Assembly (NCBI GenBank): GCA_964016885.1
Contig: OZ024743.1
Coordinates: 142,104,001-142,168,000 of the forward strand
Origin: Eledone cirrhosa
Lineage: Eukaryota
DNA length: 64,000 nt
Direction of reading: 5' to 3'
Under the pieces are notes generated by a model. It saw nothing but the letters and a program-made list of their open reading frames with translations, did no database searches and was not told where the DNA came from. Positions 1 through 13,600 of the stretch are shown piece after piece; position 1 is the first letter of the stretch; every line of letters begins with the position of its first letter. A program made the position numbers and the translations under genes.

Positions 1-3000
1 TGCTAGGTGCTTGGTGTTTGGTGCTTGGTGTTTGGTGTTTGGTGCTTGGTACTTGGGGCTTGGTGTTTGGTGCTTGGTGCTTCGTGCTTGGTGTTTGGTG
101 CTTGGTGCCTGGTGCTTGTTGTTTGGTGATTGGTGCTTGGTGTTTGCTGTTTGGTGCTGCGTGCTTGGTGCTTGGTGCTTGGTGCTTGGTGCTTGGTGTT
201 TTGTGTTTGGTGTTTGATGCTTGGTGTCTGGTGTTTGGTGCTTGATGCTTGGTGTTTGGTGTTTGATGCTTGGTGCTTGATGCTTGGTGCTTTGTGCTTG
301 GTGTTTGGTGCTTGGTGCTTGGTGTTTGTACTTGGTGTTTGGTGCTTGGTGTTTGGTGCTTGGTGCTTGGTGTTTGGTGCTTGGTGCTTGGTGTTTGGTG
401 TTTGGTGCTTGGTGTTTGGTGCTTGGTGCTTGGTGCTTGGTGTTAGGTGTTTGGTGCTTCATGCCTGGTGCTTGGTGTTTGGTGCTTGGTGCTTGGTGTT
501 TGGTGTTTGGTGCTTCATGCTTGGTGCTTGGTGTTTGGTGCTTGGTGCTTGGTGTTTGGTGCTTGGTGCCTGGTGCATGGTGTTTGGTGCTTGATGCTTG
601 GTGTTTGGTGTTTGGTGCTTGGTGTTTGGTGCTTGGTGCTTGGTGCTTGGTGTTAGGTGTTAGGTGTTTGATGCTTGGAGTTTGCTGTTTGGTGTTTGGT
701 GTTTGCTGTTTGGTGTTTGGTCTTTGGTGCTTGGTCTTTGGTGCTTGGTGTTTGGTGCTTGGTGCTTGGTGTTTGGTGCTTGGTGCCTGGTGCTTGTTGT
801 TTGGTGATTGGTGCTTGGTGTTTCCTGTTTGGTGTTTGGTGTTTGGTGTTTGCTGTTTTGTGTTTTGTGCTTGGTGCTTGGTGCTTGGTGTTTGGTGCTT
901 GGTGCTTGGTGTTTGGTGCATGGTGCTTGATGCTTGGTGTTTGTACTTGGTGCTTGGTGCATGGTGTTTTGTGCTTGATTCTTGGTGTTTGGTGCTTGGT
1001 GTTTGGTGCTTAGTGCTTGGTGTTTGGTGTTTGGTGCTTGGTGTTTGGTGCTTGGTGCTTGGTGCTTGGTGTTTGGTGTTTGGTGCTTCCTGCTTGGTGC
1101 TTGGTGTTTGGTGCTTGGTGCTTGGTGTTTGGTGCTTGGTGCCTGGTGCATGGTGTTTGGTGCTTGATGCTTGGTGTTTGGTGTTTGGTGCTTGGTGTTT
1201 GGTGCTTGGTGCTTGGTGCTTGGTGTTAGGTGTTAGGTGTTTGGTGATTGGTGCTTGGTGTTTGGTGCTTGGTGCTTGATGTTTGGTGCTTGGAGCTTGG
1301 TGTTTGGTGCTTGGTGTTTGGTGCTTGGTACTTGGGGCTTGGTGTTTGGTGCTTGGTGCTTGGTGCTGGGTGGTTGGTGTTTGGTGCTTGGTGCTTGGTG
1401 TTTGGTGCTTGGTGCTTGGTGCTTGGTGTTTGGTGCTTGGCGCTTGGTGCTTGGTCTTTGGTGCTTGGTGTTTGGTGTTTGGTGCTTGGTGCTTGGTGTT
1501 TGGTGCTTGGTGATTAGTGTTTGGTGCTTGGTGCTTGGGGTTTGGTGTTTGGTGCTTGGTGCTTGGTGTTTGGTGCTTGGTGTTTGGTTTTTACTGTTTG
1601 GTGTTTGGTGTTTGCTGTTTGCTGTTTGCTGTTTGGTGTCTGCTTTTTGGTGTTTGGTGTTTGCTGTATCGTGTTTGCTGTTTCGTGTTTATTGTTTGCT
1701 GTTTGGTGTTTGGTGTTTGGTGTTTGGTGTTTCCTGTTTGGTGTTTAGTCTTTGGTGATTGGTGCTTGGTGCTTGGTGTTTGGTGTTTGGTGCTTGGTGC
1801 TTGGTGTTTGGTGCTTGGTACTTGTTGTTTGGTGATTGGTGCTTGGTGCTTGGTGTTTGCTGTTTGGTGCTTGGGGCTTGGTGTTTGGTGCTGCGTGCTT
1901 GGTGCTTGGTGCTTGGTGCTTGGTGTTTGGTGTTTGATGATTGGCGTTTGGTGTTTGGTGTTTGGTGTTTGGTGCTTGGTGTTTGGTGTGTGATGCTTGC
2001 TGCTTGATGCTTGGTGCTTGGTGCTTGGTGTTTGGTGCTTGGTGCTTGGTGTTTGGTGCTTGGTACTTGGTGTTTGGTGCTTGGTGTTTGCTGTTTGCTG
2101 TTTGGTGTTTGGTGTTTGCTGTTTGCTGTTTGGTGTCTGCTTTTTGGTGTTTGTTGTTTGCTCTATGGTGTTTGCTGTTTCATGTTTGGTGTTTGCTGTT
2201 TGGTGTTTGGTGTTTGCTGTTTGGTGTTTGGTGCTTGGTGTTTGGTGCTTGCTGCTTGGTGTTTGATGATTGGTGCTTGGTGCTTGGTGTTTGCTGTTTG
2301 GTGCTTGGGGCTTGGTGTTTGGTGCTGCGTGCTTGGTGCTTGGTGCTTGGTGCTTGGTGTTTGGTGTTTGATGATTGGCGTTTGGTGTTTGGTGTTTGGT
2401 GTTTGGTGCTTGGTGTTTGGTGTGTGATGCTTGCTGCTTGATGCTTGGTGCTTGGTGCTTGGTGTTTGGTGCTTGGTGCTTGGTGTTTGGTGCTTGGTAC
2501 TTGGTGTTTGGTGCTTGGTGTTTGCTGTTTGCTGTTTGGTGTTTGGTGTTTGCTGTTTGCTGTTTGGTGTCTGCTTTTTGGTGTTTGTTGTTTGCTCTAT
2601 GGTGTTTGCTGTTTCGTGTTTGGTGTTTGCTGTTTGGTGTTTGGTGTTTGCTGTTTGGTGTTTGGTGCTTGGTGTTTGGTGCTTGGTGCTTGGTGTTTGG
2701 TGCTAGGTGCTTGGTGTTTGGTGCTTGGTGTTTGGTGTTTGGTGCTTGGTACTTGGGGCTTGGTGTTTGGTGCTTGGTGCTTCGTGCTTGGTGTTTGGTG
2801 CTTGGTGCCTTGTGCTTGTTGTTTGGTGATTGGTGCTTGGTGTTTGCTGTTTGGTGCTGCGTGCTTGGTGCTTGGTGCTTGGTGCTTGGTGCTTGGTGTT
2901 TTGTGTTTGGTGTTTGATGCTTGGTGTCTGGTGTTTGGTGCTTGATGCTTGGTGTTTGGTGTTTGATGCTTGGTGCTTGATGCTTGGTGCTTTGTGCTTG

Positions 3001-4625
3001 GTGTTTGGTGCTTGGTGCTTGGTGTTTGTACTTGGTGTTTGGTGCTTGGTGTTTGGTGCTTGGTGCTTGGTGTTTGGTGCTTGGTGCTTGGTGTTTGGTG
3101 TTTGGTGCTTGGTGTTTGGTGCTTGGTGCTTGGTGCTTGGTGTTAGGTGTTTGGTGCTTCATGCCTGGTGCTTGGTGTTTGGTGCTTGGTGCTTGGTGTT
3201 TGGTGTTTGGTGCTTCATGCTTGGTGCTTGGTGTTTGGTGCTTGGTGCTTGGTGTTTGGTGCTTGGTGCCTGGTGCATGGTGTTTGGTGCTTGATGCTTG
3301 GTGTTTGGTGTTTGGTGCTTGGTGTTTGGTGCTTGGTGCTTGGTGCTTGGTGTTAGGTGTTAGGTGTTTGATGCTTGGAGTTTGCTGTTTGGTGTTTGGT
3401 GTTTGCTGTTTGGTGTTTGGTCTTTGGTGCTTGGTCTTTGGTGCTTGGTGTTTGGTGCTTGGTGCTTGGTGTTTGGTGCTTGGTGCCTGGTGCTTGTTGT
3501 TTGGTGATTGGTGCTTGGTGTTTCCTGTTTGGTGTTTGGTGTTTGGTGTTTGCTGTTTTGTGTTTGGTGCTTGGTGCTTGGTGCTTGGTGTTTGGTGCTT
3601 GGTGCTTGGTGTTTGGTGCATGGTGCTTGATGCTTGGTGTTTGTACTTGGTGCTTGGTGCATGGTGTTTTGTGCTTGATTCTTGGTGTTTGGTGCTTGGT
3701 GTTTGGTGCTTAGTGCTTGGTGTTTGGTGTTTGGTGCTTGGTGTTTGGTGCTTGGTGCTTGGTGCTTGGTGTTTGGTGTTTGGTGCTTCCTGCTTGGTGC
3801 TTGGTGTTTGGTGCTTGGTGCTTGGTGTTTGGTGCTTGGTGCCTGGTGCATGGTGTTTGGTGCTTGATGCTTGGTGTTTGGTGTTTGGTGCTTGGTGTTT
3901 GGTGCTTGGTGCTTGGTGCTTGGTGTTAGGTGTTAGGTGTTTGGTGATTGGTGCTTGGTGTTTGGTGCTTGGTGCTTGATGTTTGGTGCTTGGAGCTTGG
4001 TGTTTGGTGCTTGGTGTTTGGTGCTTGGTACTTGGGGCTTGGTGTTTGGTGCTTGGTGCTTGGTGCTGGGTGGTTGGTGTTTGGTGCTTGGTGCTTGGTG
4101 TTTGGTGCTTGGTGCTTGGTGCTTGGTGTTTGGTGCTTGGCGCTTGGTGCTTGGTCTTTGGTGCTTGGTGTTTGGTGTTTGGTGCTTGGTGCTTGGTGTT
4201 TGGTGCTTGGTGATTAGTGTTTGGTGCTTGGTGCTTGGGGTTTGGTGTTTGGTGCTTGGTGCTTGGTGTTTGGTGCTTGGTGTTTGGTTTTTACTGTTTG
4301 GTGTTTGGTGTTTGCTGTTTGCTGTTTGCTGTTTGGTGTCTGCTTTTTGGTGTTTGGTGTTTGCTGTATCGTGTTTGCTGTTTCGTGTTTATTGTTTGCT
4401 GTTTGGTGTTTGGTGTTTGGTGTTTGGTGTTTCCTGTTTGGTGTTTAGTCTTTGGTGATTGGTGCTTGGTGCTTGGTGTTTGGTGTTTGGTGCTTGGTGC
4501 TTGGTGTTTGGTGCTTGGTACTTGTTGTTTGGTGATTGGTGCTTGGTGCTTGGTGTTTGCTGTTTGGTGCTTGGGGCTTGGTGTTTGGTGCTGCGTGCTT
4601 GGTGCTTGGTGCTTGGTGCTTGGTG
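1..4625 (+). repeat. Direct duplication with 2700-bp offset (1-~1925 matches 2701-~4625)
   Basis: Sequence lines at 1 and 2701 through 1861 and 4561 are identical apart from rare SNPs (111/2811, ~866/3566). ORF pairs such as 284/2984 and 1237/3937 are offset by 2700, which equals 386 monomers including two 6-bp units. Confidence 0.95.
1810..2690 (+). repeat. 434-bp (62-monomer) tandem sub-repeat
   Basis: ORF pairs 1941/2375, 1997/2431 and 2011/2445 are offset by 434. The markers TGTGATGCTTGCTGC and CTCTATGG recur at that spacing. The same doublet recurs at about 6.4-7.2 kb and 15.5-16.3 kb. Confidence 0.9.
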
Positions 4626-7600
4626 CTTGGTGTTTGGTGTTTGATGATTGGTGTTTGGTGTTTGGTGTTTGGTGCTTGGTGCTTGGTGTTTGGTGTTTGA
4701 TGCTTGCTGCTTGATGCTTGGTGCTTGGTGCTTGGTGTTTGGTGCTTGGTGCTTGGTGTTTGGTGCTTGGTACTTGGTGTTTGTTGCTTGGTGTTTGGTG
4801 TTTGCTGTTTGGTGTTTGGTGTTTGTTGTTTGCTGTTTGGTGTCTGCTTTTTGGTGTTTGGTGCTGGGTGCTTGGTGTTTGGTGTTTGATGCTTGGTGTT
4901 TGATGCTTGGTGCTTGGTGCTTGGTGTTTGGTTTTTGGTGTTTGCTGTTTGGTGTTTGGTGCTTGGTGCTTGGTGCTTGGTGTTTGGTGCTTGGTGCTTG
5001 GTGTTTGGTGCTTGGTGCTTGATGGTTGGTGTTTGTACTTGGTGCTTGGTGCTTGGTGTTTTGTGCTTGATTCTTGGTGTTTGGTGCTTGGTGTTTGCTG
5101 CTTAGTGCTTGGTGTTTGGTGTTTGGTGCTTGGTGTTTGGTGCTTGGTGCTTGGTGCTTGGTGTTAAGTGTTTGGTGCTTGGTGTTTGATGTTTGGTGCT
5201 TCATGTTTGGTGCTTGGTGTTTGGTGCTTGGTGCCCGGTGCATGGTGTTTGGTGCTTGATGCTTGGTGTTTGGTGTTTGGTGCTTGGTGTTTGGTGCTTG
5301 GTGCTTGGTGCTTGGTGTTAGGTGTTAGGTGTTTGATGCTTGGTGCTTGGTGTTTGGTGTTTGCTGTTTGGTGTTTGGTCTTTGGTGCTTGGTCTTTGGT
5401 GCATGGTGTTTGGTGCTTGGTGCTTGGTGTTTGGTGCTTGGTGCCTGGTGCTTGTTGTTTGGTGATTGGTGCTTGGTGTTTCCTGTTTGGTGTTTGGTGT
5501 TTGGTGTTTGCTGTTTTGTGTTTGGTGCTTGGTGCTTGGTGCTTGGTGTTTGGTGCTTGGTGCTTGGTGTTTGGTGCTTGGTGCTTGATGCTTGGTGTTT
5601 GTACTTGGTGCTTGGTGCATGGTGTTTTGTGCTTGATTCTTGGTGTTTGGTGCTTGGTGTTTGGTGCTTAGTGCTTGGTGTTTGGTGTTTGGTGCTTGGT
5701 GTTTGGTGCTTGGTGCTTGGTGCTTGGTGTTTGGTGTTTGGTGCTTCATGCTTGGTGCTTGGTGTTTGGTGCTTGGTGCTTGGTGTTTGGTGCTTGGTGC
5801 CTGGTGCATGGTGTTTGGTGCTTGATGCTTGGTGTTTGGTGTTTGGTGCTTGGTGTTTGGTGCTTGGTGCTTGGTGCTTGGTGTTAGGTGTTAGGTGTTT
5901 GGTGATTGGTGCTTGGTGTTTGGTGCTTGGTGCTTGATGTTTGGTGCTTGGTGCTTGGTGTTTGGTGCTTGGTGTTTGGTGCTTGGTACTTGGGGCTTGG
6001 TGTTTGGTGCTTGGTGCTTGGTGCTTGGTGTTTGGTGCTTGGTGCTTGGTGTTTGGTGTTTGGTGCTTGGTGTTTGGTGTTTGGTGCTTGGTGCTTGGTG
6101 TTTGGTGCTTGGTGATTAGTGTTTGGTGCTTGGTGCTTGGGGTTTGGTGTTTGGTGCTTGGTGCTTGGTGTTTGGTGCTTGGTGCTTGGTGTTTGGTGCT
6201 TGGTGTTTGGTTTTTGCTGTTTGGTGTTTGGTGTTTGCTGTTTGCTGTTTGGTGTCTGCTTTTTGGTGTTTGGTGTTTGCTGTATCGTGTTTGCTGTTTC
6301 GTGTTTATTGTTTGCTGTTTGGTGTTTGTTGTTTGGTGTTTGGTGTTTCCAGTTTGGTGTTTAGTCTTTGGTGTTTGGTGTTTGGTGCTTGGTGCTTGGT
6401 GTTTGGCGTTTGGTGCTTGGGGCTTGGTGTTTGGTGCTGCGTGCTTGGTGCTTGGTGCTTGGTGCTTGGTGCTTGGTGTTTGGTGTTTGATGATTGGTGT
6501 TTGGTGTTTGGTGTTTGGTGCTTGGTGCTTGGTGTTTGGTGTTTGATGCTTGCTGCTTGATGCTTGGTGCTTGGTGCTTGGTGTTTGGTGCTTGGTGCTT
6601 GGTGTTTGGTGCTTGGTACTTGGTGTTTGTTGCTTGGTGTTTGCTGTTTGCTGTTTGGTGTTTGGTGTTTGCTGTTTGCTGTTTGGTGTCTGCTTTTTGG
6701 TGTTTGTTGTTTGCTCTATGGTGTTTGCTGTTTCATGTTTGGTGTTTGCTGTTTGGTGTTTGGTGTTTGCTGTTTGGTGTTTGGTGCTTGGTGTTTGGTG
6801 CTTGGTGCTTGTTGTTTGATGATTGGTGCTTGGTGCTTGGTGTTTGCTGTTTGGTGCTTGGGGCTTGGTGTTTGGTGCTGCGTGCTTGGTGCTTGGTGCT
6901 TGGTGTTTGGTGTTTGATGATTGGCGTTTGGTGTTTGGTGTTTGGTGTTTGGTGCTTGGTGTTTGGTGTGTGATGCTTGCTGCTTGATGCTTGGTGCTTG
7001 GTGCTTGGTGTTTGGTGCTTGGTGCTTGGTGTTTGGTGCTTGGTACTTGGTGTTTGGTGCTTGGTGTTTGCTGTTTGCTGTTTGGTGTTTGGTGTTTGCT
7101 GTTTGCTGTTTGGTGTCTGCTTTTTGGTGTTTGTTGTTTGCTCTATGGTGTTTGCTGTTTCGTGTTTGGTGTTTGCTGTTTGGTGTTTGGTGTTTGCTGT
7201 TTGGTGTTTGGTGCTTGGTGTTTGGTGCTTGGTGCTTGGTGTTTGGTGCTAGGTGCTTGGTGTTTGGTGCTTGGTGTTTGGTGTTTGGTGCTTGGTACTT
7301 GGGGCTTGGTGTTTGGTGCTTGGTGCTTCGTGCTTGGTGTTTGGTGCTTGGTGCCTGGTGCTTGTTGTTTGGTGATTGGTGCTTGGTGTTTGCTGTTTGG
7401 TGCTGCGTGCTTGGTGCTTGGTGCTTGGTGCTTGGTGCTTGGTGTTTTGTGTTTGGTGTTTGATGCTTGGTGTCTGGTGTTTGGTGCTTGATGCTTGGTG
7501 TTTGGTGTTTGATGCTTGGTGCTTGATGCTTGGTGCTTTGTGCTTGGTGTTTGGTGCCTGGTGCTTGGTGTTTGGTGCTTGGTGCTTGGTGTTTGGTGTT

Positions 7601-10600
7601 TGGTGCTTGGTGTTTGGTGCTTGGTGCTTGGTGCTTGGTGTTAGGTGTTTGCTGCTTCATGCCTGGTGCTTGGTGTTTGGTGCTTGGTGCTTGGTGTTTG
7701 GTGTTTGGTGCTTCATGCTTGGTGCTTGGTGTTTGGTGCTTGGTGCTTGGTGTTTGGTGCTTGGTGCCTGGTGCATGGTGTTTGGTGCTTGATGCTTGGT
7801 GTTTGGTGTTTGGTGCTTGGTGTTTGGTGCTTGGTGCTTGGTGCTTGGTGTTAGGTGTTAGGTGTTTGATGCTTGGAGTTTGCTGTTTGGTGCTTGGTGC
7901 TTGGTGTTTGGTGTTTGGTGCTTGGTGTTTGGTGCTTGGTGCTTGGTGCTTGGTGTTAGGTGTTTGGTGCTTCATGCCTGGTGCTTGGTGTTTGGTGCTT
8001 GGTGCTTGGTGTTTGGTGTTTGGTGCTTCATGCTTGGTGCTTGGTGTTTGGTGCTTGGTGCTTGGTGTTTGGTGCTTGGTGCCTGGTGCATGGTGTTTGG
8101 TGCTTGATGCTTGGTGTTTGGTGCTTGGTGCTTGGTGTTTGGTGCTTGGTGCCTGGTGCTTGTTGTTTGGTGATTGGTGCTTGGTGTTTCCTGTTTGGTG
8201 TTTGGTGTTTGGTGTTTGCTGTTTTGTGTTTGGTGCTTGGTGCTTGGTGCTTGGTGTTTGGTGCTTGGTGCTTGGTGTTTGGTGCATGGTGCTTGATGCT
8301 TGGTGTTTGTACTTGGTGCTTGGTGCATGGTGTTTTGTGCTTGATTCTTGGTGTTTGGTGCTTGGTGTTTGGTGCTTAGTGCTTGGTGTTTGGTGTTTGG
8401 TGCTTGGTGTTTGGTGCTTGGTGCTTGGTGCTTGGTGTTTGGTGTTTGGTGCTTCCTGCTTGGTGCTTGGTGTTTGGTGCTTGGTGCTTGGTGTTTGGTG
8501 CTTGGTGCCTGGTGCATGGTGTTTGGTGCTTGATGCTTGGTGTTTGGTGTTTGGTGCTTGGTGTTTGGTGCTTGGTGCTTGGTGCTTGGTGTTAGGTGTT
8601 AGGTGTTTGGTGATTGGTGCTTGGTGTTTGGTGCTTGGTGCTTGATGTTTGGTGCTTGGAGCTTGGTGTTTGGTGCTTGGTGTTTGGTGCTTGGTACTTG
8701 GGGCTTGGTGTTTGGTGCTTGGTGCTTGGTGCTTGGTGTTTGGTGCTTGTTGCTTGGTGTTTGGTGTTTGGTGCTTGGTGTTTGGTGCTTGGTGCTTGGT
8801 GCTGGGTGGTTGGTGTTTGGTGCTTGGTGCTTGGTGTTTGGTGCTTGGTGCTTGGTGCTTGGTGTTTGGTGCTTGGCGCTTGGTGCTTGGTCTTTGGTGC
8901 TTGGTGTTTGGTGTTTGGTGCTTGGTGCTTGGTGTTTGGTGCTTGGTGATTAGTGTTTGGTGCTTGGTGCTTGGGGTTTGGTGTTTGGTGCTTGGTGCTT
9001 GGTGTTTGGTGCTTGGTGTTTGGTTTTTACTGTTTGGTGTTTGGTGTTTGCTGTTTGCTGTTTGCTGTTTGGTGTCTGCTTTTTGGTGTTTGGTGTTTGC
9101 TGTATCGTGTTTGCTGTTTCGTGTTTATTGTTTGCTGTTTGGTGTTTGGTGTTTGGTGTTTGGTGTTTGGTGTTTCCTGTTTGGTGTTTAGTCTTTGGTG
9201 ATTGGTGCTTGGTGCTTGGTGTTTGGTGTTTGGTGCTTGGTACTTGTTGTTTGGTGATTGGTGCTTGGTGCTTGGTGTTTGCTGTTTGGTGCTTGGGGCT
9301 TGGTGTTTGGTGCTGCGTGCTTGGTGCTTGGTGCTTGGTGCTTGGTGCTTGGTGTTTGGTGTTTGGTGTTTGATGATTGGTGTTTGGTGTTTGGTGTTTG
9401 GTGCTTGGTGCTTGGTGTTTGGTGTTTGATGCTTGCTGCTTGATGCTTGGTGCTTGGTGCTTGGTGTTTGGTGCTTGGTGCTTGGTGTTTGGTGCTTGGT
9501 ACTTGGTGTTTGTTGCTTGGTGTTTGCTGTTTGCTGTTTGGTGTTTGGTGTTTGTTGTTTGCTGTTTGGTGTCTGCTTTTTGGTGTTTGTTGTTTGCTCT
9601 ATGGTGTTTGCTGTTTCATGTTTGGTGTTTGCTGTTTGGTGTTTGGTGTTTGCTGTTTGGTGTTTGGTGCTTGGTGTTTGGTGCTTGGTGCTTGGTGTTT
9701 GGGGCTAGGTGCTTCATGCTTGGTGCTTGGTGCTTGGTGTTTGGTGCTTGGTACTTGGGGCTTGGTGTTTGGTGCTTCGTGCTTCGTGCTTGGTGTTTGG
9801 TGCTTGGTGCTTGGTGTTTGGTGTTTGGTGCTTGGTGCCTGGTGCTTGTTGTTTGGTGATTGGTGCTTGGTGTTTGCTGTTTGGTGCCGCGTGCTTGGTG
9901 CTTGGTGCTTGGTGCTTGGTGCTTGGTGTTTTGTGTTTGGTGTTTGATGCTTGGTGTTTGGTGTTTGGTGCTTGGTTCTTGGTGTTTGGTGTTTGATGCT
10001 TGGTGCTTGATGCTTGGTGCTTGGTGCTTGGTGTTTGGTGCTTGGTGCTTGGTGTTTGGTGCTTGGTGCTTGGTGTTTGGTGCTTGGTGTTTGGTGCTTG
10101 GTGCTTGGTGTTTGGTGCTTGGTGCTTGGTGCTTGGTGTTTGGTGTTTGGTGCTTTGTGTTTGGTGCTTGGTGCTTGGTGCTTGGTGTTAGGTGTTTGGT
10201 GCTTCATGTCTGGTGCTTGGTGTTTGGTGCTTGGTGCTTGGTGTTTGGTGCTTGGTGCCTGGTGCATGGTGGTTGTTGCTTGGTGCTTGGTGTTTGGTGT
10301 TTGGTGCTTGGTGTTTGGTGCTTGGTGCTTGGTGTTTGGTGTTTGGTGTTTGGTGCTTGCTGCTTGCTGCTTGGTGTTTGGTGCTTGGTGATTGGTGCTT
10401 GGTGTTTGGTGCTTGGTGCTTTGTGTTTGGTGTTTGGTGTTTGGTGCTTGGTACTTGGGGCTTTGTATTTGGTGCTTGGTGCTTCGTGTTTGGTGTTTGG
10501 TGCTTGGTGCTTGGTGTTTGGTGCTTGGTGTTTGGTGCTTGGTGCTTGGTGCTGTGTGGTTGGCGTTTGGTGCTTGGTGCTTGGTGTTTGGTGCTTGGTG

Positions 10601-13600
10601 CTTGGTGCTTGGTGTTTGGTGCTTGGTGTTTGGTGTTTGGTGCTTGGTGCTTGGTGTTTGGTGCTTGGTGCTTGGTGATTCGTGTTTGGTGCTTGGTGCT
10701 TGGGGTTTGGTGTTTGGTGCTTGGTGCTTGGTGTTTAGTGCTTGGTGCTTGGTGTTTGGTGCTTGGTGTTTGGTGTTTGCTGTTTGGTGTTTGGTGTTTG
10801 GTGTTTGCTGTTTGCTGTTTGCTGTTTGGTGTCTGCTTTTTGGTGTTTGGTGTTTGCTGTATGGTGTTTGCTGTTTCGTGTTTATTGTTTGCTGTTTGGT
10901 GTTTGGTGTTTGGTGTTTGGTGTTTCCTGTTTGGTCTTTAGTCTTTGGTGCTTGGTGTTTGGTGCTTGGTGCTTGGTGTTTGGTGTTTGGTGCTTGGTGC
11001 TTGGTGTTTGTTGTTTGGTGTTTTCTGTTTGGTGTTTGGTGTTTGCTGTTTCGTGTCTGCTTTTTGGTGTTTGGTGTTTGCTGTATGTTGTTTGCTGTTT
11101 GCTGTTTGGTGTTTGGTGTTTGGTGTTTGGTGCTTGGTGCTTGGTGTTTGGTGCTTGGTGCTTGGTGTTTGGTGCCTGGTGCTTGGTGCTTGGTGCTTGG
11201 TGTTTGGTGTTTGGTGCTTGGTGCTTGGTGCTTGGTGTTTTGTGTTTGGTGTTTGGTTTTTGGTGCTTGGTCCTTGGTGTTTGGTGCTGGGTGCTTTGTG
11301 TCTGGTGCTTGGTGCTTGGTGTTTGGTGTTTGCTGCTTGGTGTTTGATGCTTGGTGCTTGGTGCTTGGTGTTTTGTGTTTGGTGCTTGGTGCTTGGTGTT
11401 TGGTGATTGGTGCTTGGTGTTTGGTGCCTGGTGCTTGGTGCTTGGTGCTTGGTCCTTGGTGTTTGGTGCTGGGTGCTTGGTGTTTGATGCTTGGTGCTTG
11501 GTGTTTGGTGCTTGGTGCTTGGTGTTTGGTGCTTGGTGCTGGTTGGTTGGTGTTTGGTGCTTGGTGTTTGGTGCTGGGTGCTTGGTGTCTGGTGCTTGGT
11601 GCTTGGTCTTTGGTGCTTGGTGTTTGGTGTTTGGTGCTTGGTGCTTGGTGTTTGGTGCTTGGTGCTTGGTGTTTAGTGCTTGGTGCTTAGTGTTTGGTGC
11701 TAGGTGCTTGGGGTTTGGTGTTTGGTGCTTGGTATTTGGTGCTTGGTGCTTGGTGTTTGGTGCTTGGTGTTTGGTGTTTGCTGTTTGCTGTTTGGTGTTT
11801 GTTGTTTGGTGTTTGTTGTTTGGTGTTTGCTGTTTGGTGTTTCGTGTTTGCTGTTTCGTGTCTGCTTTTTGGTGTTTGGTGTTTGCTGTATGTTGTTTGC
11901 TGTTTGGTGTTTGGTGTTTGGTGTTTGGTGCTTGGTGCTTGGTGCTTGGTGTTTTGTGTTTGGTGTTTGATGCTTGGTGTCTGGTGTTTGGTGCTTGATG
12001 CTTGGTGTTTGGTGTTTGATGCTTGGTGCTTGATGCTTGGTGCTTTGTGCTTGGTGTTTGGTGCTTGGTGCTTGGTGTTTGTACTTGGTGTTTGGTGCTT
12101 GGTGTTTGGTGCTTGGTGCTTGGTGTTTGGTGCTTGGTGCTTGGTGTTTGGTGTTTGGTGCTTGGTGTTTGGTGCTTGGTGCTTGGTGCTTGGTGTTAGG
12201 TGTTTGGTGCTTCATGCCTGGTGCTTGGTGTTTGGTGCTTGGTGCTTGGTGTTTGGTGTTTGGTGCTTCATGCTTGGTGCTTGGTGTTTGGTGCTTGGTG
12301 CTTGGTGTTTGGTGCTTGGTGCCTGGTGCATGGTGTTTGGTGCTTGATGCTTGGTGTTTGGTGTTTGGTGCTTGGTGTTTGGTGCTTGGTGCTTGGTGCT
12401 TGGTGTTAGGTGTTAGGTGTTTGATGCTTGGAGTTTGCTGTTTGGTGTTTGGTGTTTGCTGTTTGGTGTTTGGTCTTTGGTGCTTGGTCTTTGGTGCTTG
12501 GTGTTTGGTGCTTGGTGCTTGGTGTTTGGTGCTTGGTGCCTGGTGCTTGTTGTTTGGTGATTGGTGCTTGGTGTTTCCTGTTTGGTGTTTGGTGTTTGGT
12601 GTTTGCTGTTTTGTGTTTGGTGCTTGGTGCTTGGTGCTTGGTGTTTGGTGCTTGGTGCTTGGTGTTTGGTGCATGGTGCTTGATGCTTGGTGTTTGTACT
12701 TGGTGCTTGGTGCATGGTGTTTTGTGCTTGATTCTTGGTGTTTGGTGCTTGGTGTTTGGTGCTTAGTGCTTGGTGTTTGGTGTTTGGTGCTTGGTGTTTG
12801 GTGCTTGGTGCTTGGTGCTTGGTGTTTGGTGTTTGGTGCTTCCTGCTTGGTGCTTGGTGTTTGGTGCTTGGTGCTTGGTGTTTGGTGCTTGGTGCCTGGT
12901 GCATGGTGTTTGGTGCTTGATGCTTGGTGTTTGGTGTTTGGTGCTTGGTGTTTGGTGCTTGGTGCTTGGTGCTTGGTGTTAGGTGTTAGGTGTTTGGTGA
13001 TTGGTGCTTGGTGTTTGGTGCTTGGTGCTTGATGTTTGGTGCTTGGAGCTTGGTGTTTGGTGCTTGGTGTTTGGTGCTTGGTACTTGGGGCTTGGTGTTT
13101 GGTGCTTGGTGCTTGGTGCTGGGTGGTTGGTGTTTGGTGCTTGGTGCTTGGTGTTTGGTGCTTGGTGCTTGGTGCTTGGTGTTTGGTGCTTGGCGCTTGG
13201 TGCTTGGTCTTTGGTGCTTGGTGTTTGGTGTTTGGTGCTTGGTGCTTGGTGTTTGGTGCTTGGTGATTAGTGTTTGGTGCTTGGTGCTTGGGGTTTGGTG
13301 TTTGGTGCTTGGTGCTTGGTGTTTGGTGCTTGGTGTTTGGTTTTTACTGTTTGGTGTTTGGTGTTTGCTGTTTGCTGTTTGCTGTTTGGTGTCTGCTTTT
13401 TGGTGTTTGGTGTTTGCTGTATCGTGTTTGCTGTTTCGTGTTTATTGTTTGCTGTTTGGTGTTTGGTGTTTGGTGTTTGGTGTTTCCTGTTTGGTGTTTA
13501 GTCTTTGGTGATTGGTGCTTGGTGCTTGGTGTTTGGTGTTTGGTGCTTGGTGCTTGGTGTTTGGTGCTTGGTACTTGTTGTTTGTTGATTGGTGCTTGGT

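Noticed and set aside
1364-1376. Chi-like GCTGGGTGG motif
   Set aside because: It is not the E. coli Chi sequence GCTGGTGG, and it arises from a TGGGTGG variant monomer in a non-bacterial-looking context.
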